DNA of 63,679 nt, filler included, from Saprolegnia diclina VS20 (lineage: Eukaryota), in the NCBI RefSeq assembly GCF_000281045.1. It is 4 parts of 2 records of this genome, joined end to end, with 100 filler letters (N's around TTAATTAATTAA, not from the genome) between each part and the next. Parts side by side here need not be neighbours in the genome. Positions count along the whole stretch, not along the records: positions 50,295 to 61,877 come from NW_008246113.1; positions 61,978 to 63,679 come from NW_008246114.1; 2 more parts are not named here. One strand, given 5' to 3'. The notes beneath the pieces are model-generated. The model did not search any database and was not told where the DNA came from. It saw nothing but the letters and a program-made list of their open reading frames with translations. Below are positions 57,717 to 63,679 of this stretch, one piece after another (position 1 is the stretch's first letter; each line of letters starts with the position of its first letter). Both the position numbers and the translations under genes were made by a program.

Positions 57717-58705
57717 TCACATTGTAAACGTCCAAACCAGAGACATCACAAGGAGTACGACAAGCGCTACGAGCCCTTGACGCTGACGCAACTAGCAAAC
57801 ACAGTTATGTGCGATACTACATAATCGAGATATACCTTGTACATCCAGTAGACGTGGAATGGCCACGTATCCGCATCCCAATCGTCCGGCAAAAACAACG
57901 GCTGGCGCTCCACCTCGTCTACTCGACGCATTCTTCAAGTGAGTTTGGTCTCAATTGATAACGAAAGATTTGAAATACCGTCAATGCCTTGATACATGGC
58001 ACCAAGCCTCTGAACCGCCCACGTCAAATGCATGATCTCCGTGATATCGTTGTGGATCACGAGCGTCATATTGTACTTGGTATGCAGGTGATCCATCTCA
58101 CTCTCTACCAACATGAGCTAAATCGTCAGAAATAAGATTCCGAGCGATAACTTTACCAAAGGCGGTGCATGCGAGGGGTGTCAGCGCCATCGCGGCCCTA
58201 AAACATCCCGTTCAAATTCAGTGATAAATCCATAACGTATTTCAGGAGATATCGCACATGTAGCCTTGTGGCGTCGTCAAATACCCTTGAAATTCGCTGC
58301 GCAGCTCAAACAAATACCTTTGTGCGGTGGTCACAGCACACGTCGGATCGACCAGGACGGTAAAGGCCACGGCCTCGTCGACCACGTAGCTGCAGGAACA
58401 CATAAGCATGAATGGGACTGCATGAACAACGCGTACTGCAAGTGGAAAGATGGATTGAGAATGCTTCCTGATGCATTGAGCTTGGCGTGCGTGAGCATGT
58501 CGAGAGCCTGCAAGGCATCATCAAAGAGGGTAATGAAGAAACGCTGGCGAAAGCATACCGTTTGCAGCATTTGTGGAGCAGCTTGGTCATCGTGACAGAC
58601 GGCGCTGGCCTACGTCACCATTCGATCAACATGTACAATAAGATGTTATCGTCGTACGAGCAAGCGTTTGTCGCTCTGTCGCGTCAAGCACGACGCGAGG
58701 ATCAT
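57717..58705 (-). CDS. SEC22-like longin + C-terminal TM protein (paralog 2; 8 exons)
   Basis: Spliced: MILASCLTRQSDKRLL|ASAV..|..LH|YVVDEAVAFTVLVDPTCAVTTAQRYLFELRSEF..|..PLACTAF|ESEMDHLHTKY..|..YK|LRQRQGLVALVVLLVMSLVWTFTM*. Confidence 0.75.
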
Positions 58706-58773
58706 CGCAAATGAAAATGAAAATGACGATCAATGGCGATTATTCGGATTTCCGGATATCATGAATGATGAAT

Positions 58774-60580
58774 TCACTTGATCCAAGCGCGTTTACGCCG
58801 GGACTGGGGGAAACACGCGCTGGTCCGTGAGGACCTACTACCATTAATTTTCTTGAGAGACAGTATCGTACGTATATAGCGTACTATTTGACAAGACCAT
58901 GGCGATCGTGCTGGACCGACACCTCTCGTTGTTCGCGCTCGACACTCTGCAGACTCGCTAACTAGAAGTAAAAACGACGCTTTGATGAGCCTCGTATTGC
59001 CGTGAGTGAGTGCAGTACAAGGGGACTGCTTGATTTTAATTAGATCCAAGCTTTGAAACACAAAGATAACACAGACAAAATTTGCACATTTAGAAAATTT
59101 GAGAAAGCGCTACGTGAAGAACTCTTCCACGACGCGATTGTACGCGTACACAAGGTGATAGATGCTCACAACGGCAAGAAGCACATAAGGAAACGCGTCT
59201 TCCCATCGAAACTACGAGGCTGATCGTTAATACTATACTAGCGCGTAATTTGGCCACGTACGCGTGAAGTGCTGCTTGGAACGACAATTGGGGTGGGATC
59301 GACTTCGTCGGCGGCGTCGTCCTTGGTACGTTCTGTATCGGGTGCCACTAGACACGTGGCCCACCCAACGATGAGTCGAGAGCAGCTATTGAAAGCCAAG
59401 TCGTGACGTACTTGGCAGCGTGTGACGAATGCAAAATGCGCCCATAGTGGAAATTGCCAATATCCGGATGTCCGGATGCGGGTGCACACCTGGAGTCAGG
59501 CGCGCTGCCTTGCCGCAACACCTCACAACACCGTGTCATTTTGCGATTCATTATTAAGTTCCATGTAACTCGCCAGATTCGAGTACGAGAGTAGTGCGTA
59601 GTACGCTGCCGAATCCCTGCAACTTGAAGCCAGGTCTGATGTATCTAGCCAAAACGAATTTTGTACGAGACTGCAGCAGCTACCGTACTCGAGCGCCTCA
59701 GCCTTTCTGCACGACACAAATGCAAGGCAGAGCGCCAAAACAATGCAAAACTGATACTATTCTCGACAACAATCCCTCGTGAACTCTGTGAAGAATGACG
59801 TGGCACGCTCTGACGCATTTTTTGAAACGCTTCCAACTTCAACTCGAAAATGTTCCAGCTGGTCGCGCACAAAGCAACAAGGTACCGAAGACATCGCCGT
59901 CACTATAGAGAAGAGCCATCGTGAGAGATGCGAGTGCACTGTGTTAAACCCTCTGACGCATCGTGCAAGCCCGTAAAATGGTCCAGAGACACTGCAGAGC
60001 AAAAAAACAATGGGCCATGGGCCGCGTTCCCGGCTTTTTCGCGATCTGGGTGTGTGCCCGAATGGTCATAAAAGCTGCAGCGCGGGAAACTGGAATGCTT
60101 GGTGTTTCGGGCATTGCTCACACATGCACGACCACGTCGTTTCGCCCTTGGTGTTGTAGAAGAGCACCCATCACAAAATGTATGCGCGACCACGTCTCCA
60201 TAGCACTTGCCAACAAATCATTCAAAAAGTTATACTAGCATTTTGCAGTCCAGTCCAAATCTCTGAAGCTCCAGCCCACCACACCTCACCCAACGAACCA
60301 GTTGTGGTGCCAGTTCGAATCCCATCCTCGCCCCTTTCAAAGTTTTCACTTTCGCCTCAAAATGGCCTGGATGCATCTGATTCCCAGGTGAAATTCTTGT
60401 GCCAGGCGTCAATGCGGCAACATGATTCGGTCCTCGGAAGCCCTCCGCGTATACCGCACCACGGGCTCTGCCAATCACAAGAGTCCCTTTGCTGCTGACG
60501 CGCCAACATATTGCTTTCGCGACGACAAAGCTATCGCAAACCACCAACGATCTTCTATCGAACATGGTCATTTGCACTTG
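58774..60580 (-). CDS. Possible multi-exon hypothetical gene (unresolved)
   Basis: Several short exon-like blocks bounded by GT/AG on the minus strand; no consistent model or family found. Confidence 0.2.
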
Positions 60581-60827
60581 CTGCTCGTGTCATCGTTGGG
60601 AACCGTCAACGCCTGTTTCGATTAAAAAAGGCCAGTCGTGAAACGCTCTGTCCCTTCTGCGTTCCTTCAACGGCTCGGCCAACCGCCTCGACTCGACGCA
60701 GCGGCAGTCGAGCAGCTCAGCAGTCGGCGTGTTGACGACCCGTGCCTCGTCCAGTATCTTTGTACGGCCGCACCCATCATCCCACCCTGCGTCGGACCGT
60801 ACACACATTCACTTGCACAATACTACG

Positions 60828-61508
60828 ATGACGGACGGTCTGCCCTCGACGCTCGAAGCCATCGACGTGCGAGCCAACGTCGCTGCCAAGGCCGGCGACG
60901 TCTATGCCCAGTACACGGTCACGATCACGTGCCCTTTCACGCAGGCGCGCTGGTCGTGCATCAAGCGCTACTCGGCCTTTCTGCGGCTGCGCGAGACCTT
61001 CCGCGTCATTCACGCCCACGCGCCGACCTCGCCGCTCGCGCCGCTGCTCCACGCACTGCTCGCGACGCCGTTTCCGGCTAAGCACCTCACGCCAACGCGG
61101 CCGCGTGTCATGGGCGAGCGCACAATGCTGTTTCAAAACTTCCTCTTGCAGCTGCTGCACCTGCGCAACGCGTGCTGGGTCAAGCTCTCGGCGTCGCCGG
61201 CCTTGGCGCTGCCCGCAACGCGCTACGTCGCGCTGATCGCCGACTTCTTGGGCATCTACGACGTCCCGATGCTCGAGATCCAATTCACGACGCGTGCGAT
61301 CCTCGACGAGGCGTGCGCGATCTGCCTCGACGAGATCCAAGCGCCCGACCTCGTCGACGGCCGCCACGTTGTGCAGCTGCCGTGCCGCCACGTCTACCAC
61401 CAGCGCTGCGTCGGCCAGTGGCTGCGCACCAAGCAAACCTGCCCGCTCTGCCGCGACCCGACAACCCAGATCACCGGTCTCCGCTTGGCATGCGAGAGTC
61501 TCAACTGA
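60828..61508 (+). CDS. PX domain + RING-H2 E3 ligase
   Basis: QYTVTI..WSCIKRYSAFLRLRE..FPAKH..ERTMLFQNFL (PX); CAICL..LPCRHVYHQRCVGQWL..CPLCR (RING-H2). Confidence 0.85.
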   Translation: MTDGLPSTLEAIDVRANVAAKAGDVYAQYTVTITCPFTQARWSCIKRYSAFLRLRETFRVIHAHAPTSPLAPLLHALLATPFPAKHLTPTRPRVMGERTMLFQNFLLQLLHLRNACWVKLSASPALALPATRYVALIADFLGIYDVPMLEIQFTTRAILDEACAICLDEIQAPDLVDGRHVVQLPCRHVYHQRCVGQWLRTKQTCPLCRDPTTQITGLRLACESLN

Positions 61509-61877
61509 TTCACAATGCACTTTTGAATGGCTTATCTATTCGCGGTCGTCAGCTCACTGTACTAGCGGCATGGTTCTGCCGCGGTGCTCGTTGGCTTACA
61601 CAAAGTGCAACCTCAAGCACCAAGTGCAAACTCGCTCGCCTATCGATGGCTCTTCTTGCCGACCCACGGTTTTGGCTTGGGCCTGCTCGTAGAGTTGGTG
61701 GCATCGACAAGCACCTGTCCTTTCTGCGCGTAAAAGCCTCGGCAAGGTGCCCTAGCGACGCACAGCGCCATCCGTCGAGGCTGCCAAGCACACGAGCCTC
61801 CATGAGGCGCCGGACAGGAGCACGCGCGCGGCGATGGCGGTGTATCTTGGTGGAAGGAGTCGGGCAAGATTGTGGCC

Positions 61878-61977
61878 NNNNNNNNNNNNNNNNNNNNNNN
61901 NNNNNNNNNNNNNNNNNNNNNTTAATTAATTAANNNNNNNNNNNNNNNNNNNNNNNNNNNNNNNNNNNNNNNNNNNN
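61878..61977. other. 100-nt scaffold gap with artificial linker
   Basis: Ns flanking TTAATTAATTAA. Confidence 0.95.
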
Positions 61978-63484
61978 GACGCCTCTCAGACGTGGAGAGT
62001 CTTCTGGCGCCACCCACGGGCACCGTCGGAGGCCGTGTCGCGCGCAACGTCACTGTCAATGTCAATGGGCGTGATCCGGTTCGAAGCGACGTATGTTTCG
62101 GCCGCGACATGCGTTTTTGCTTCGAGTAGGAGGGCACACCGCTGTTGCATCTGGCTGTTGCGTCGCGCGACTTGCTTATTCTACAACACCTTCTCACCCG
62201 ACCAGACCTTGTGGTCGACGCCACCGACCAGCTACACGCCAAGTCTCTATGCTCGTGTTGCCACCGCTGACTGCAGAAGGGTCGAACTGCGTTGGTGTGC
62301 GCCATGGCGTCCAACGACATTGGGGCTTTCTTGCTACCCGTCCGCGCGAACGCGCGTGTGGACCGGCTCAGCGACGTCTCTTAGCCATGCCATTTTACGA
62401 TTTTGTGCCAACGACATATGGGGGTAGGGTCAACGGCGCGCGTTGCTTCAAAATCGCGTCCAGGGGCTCGCACTGCTTCACGCCGCATGGACCAAGCACG
62501 CGCGCAACGTTGACGCCCTCCTGCGCGCTGGCATCAGCCCGGCTGCCACCAGTCACGTACGATGATATGAGCATATATTACGCTCTAAGTTCTTATTGTT
62601 GGCTATGGGCGTAGGATGGTGTGACGGCGCTGCATGTGGCGGCCACCAACGGGTTCGAAACGATCGCTCAACGCCTGCTCGGAGCCGATGCGTCACTCGC
62701 GCGTCGGAGCGACCAAGTACACAACCATGCTACGGTGAAGCGTCTGGAGACGATGTAGAGAGGCTGTTTGCCACTGCACCTTGCGGCGGCCAACGGACAC
62801 ACCGACATCGTCGATCGACTGCTGAGAAATGAAGGCGACAGCGGGCTCAATTGCACCAACCATGTACTCCATCCCCCTCTGCCATTCGGCCAACCTATTT
62901 ATGTATCAACTTGATACATAGGGTGGTGAAGTGCCCCTTTTCGTCGCGGCCAGAGCGGGTCACGACACAGTCGTTGCGCGCTTGCTCCAAGCCAACGCCA
63001 AGACCAAAACCATCACCACCGTTCGCGTCACTACTCGTCACTACTGAGGTACCAATGAGCTCTCACTTTAGGACGGGTCCACGCTCCTGCATGCTGCTGC
63101 GCTGGGTGGCAACACCATTGTCCTCTCTCAGCTCTCTCAGTTCTTTACATCTGTCGACGTTTGTGATGAGGTGGAGACAGCATCGCCCTGACGACTTTGA
63201 CGCTAGTGCGTTGTGTAGCTCGGTCAAACGCCGTTGCATGTAGCTGCCAAGGGAGGTCAAGACGCGGCAGTCCAGTACCTCTTGGAGGTCCACGCAAATG
63301 TGTTTGCGAGAACCGAGGTATGATGAGTAGGGATTGTTGATCACATTGGCGACGCTGCAGAGTGCCATATAATATTTGTGTGCTGTAGGACGGTGCGACG
63401 TCGTTGATGCTAGCGGCGTCGGCGACGATCGCTGCAGCTCTACGCGGTGCCGAAGCCAACGCCCGGGCTTGGACCGTTGTGTGA
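61978..63484 (+). CDS. Ankyrin-repeat protein, multi-exon, 5'-truncated by the gap
   Basis: Exons read EGTPLLHLAV, DGVTALHVAATNGF, GCLPLHLAAANGH, GEVPLFVAARAGH, DGSTLLHAAALGGN, GQTPLHVAAKGGQ, DGATSLMLA. Confidence 0.8.
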
Positions 63485-63679
63485 TACCTTTTTCTTTCAT
63501 CTTTAAAATGTCGCTGCGGTGAGAATACAATGGTAGGTTGAGGAGGGTTAACGATCAGATGATACTGGCCTTTGCAGCGCTCTACTGGCAAAGCGTCAAT
63601 GTTGACGTGGGCTAGAAGTGGACCATGTCCCAGAGTTGTTGAAATGAGGTATTCCATGCAATAACAAAGATATGGTGAA

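Noticed and set aside
59459..59493. TCCGGA-rich segment resembling a DNA-transposon end
   Set aside because: No matching inverted end or transposase; the similar motifs at 57.4 and 58.7 kb are explained by the duplicated longin promoters.

Overview
Eukaryotic, GC-rich, gene-dense DNA with many short (about 35-70 nt) GT-AG introns. Gene content (RNI-LRR and 'AMDxAAxNG..RTEGC' ankyrin families, TSNAXIP1, Inr/FPR-like core promoters) points to an oomycete, probably Saprolegniales; this is an inference. The window has four assembly gaps, three carrying an artificial TTAATTAATTAA linker. Conserved genes: MED4, VMA12/TMEM199, an SHPRH-like SNF2-RING helicase, ERMARD-like, TSNAXIP1-like, a Tweety/prominin-like membrane protein and ankyrin proteins. 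Local paralog families: a head-to-head pair of ankyrin/TRP-like channels, three LYC1-like GNATs, five PX-related genes, three F-box-like/RNI-LRR genes, and a TIR/HET-like-TPR gene plus its pseudogene. The most unusual elements are two. (1) A tandem array of five small intronless orphan genes (31.5-38.9 kb) whose shared core ends in a PP2A-B56-type [LFI]xxIxE motif. (2) A tandem triplet of 8-exon SEC22-like longin + tail-anchor genes with no recognisable SNARE motif (55.0-58.7 kb), largely invisible in the ORF track. All family assignments are by motif recognition and hand splicing; no searches were run.
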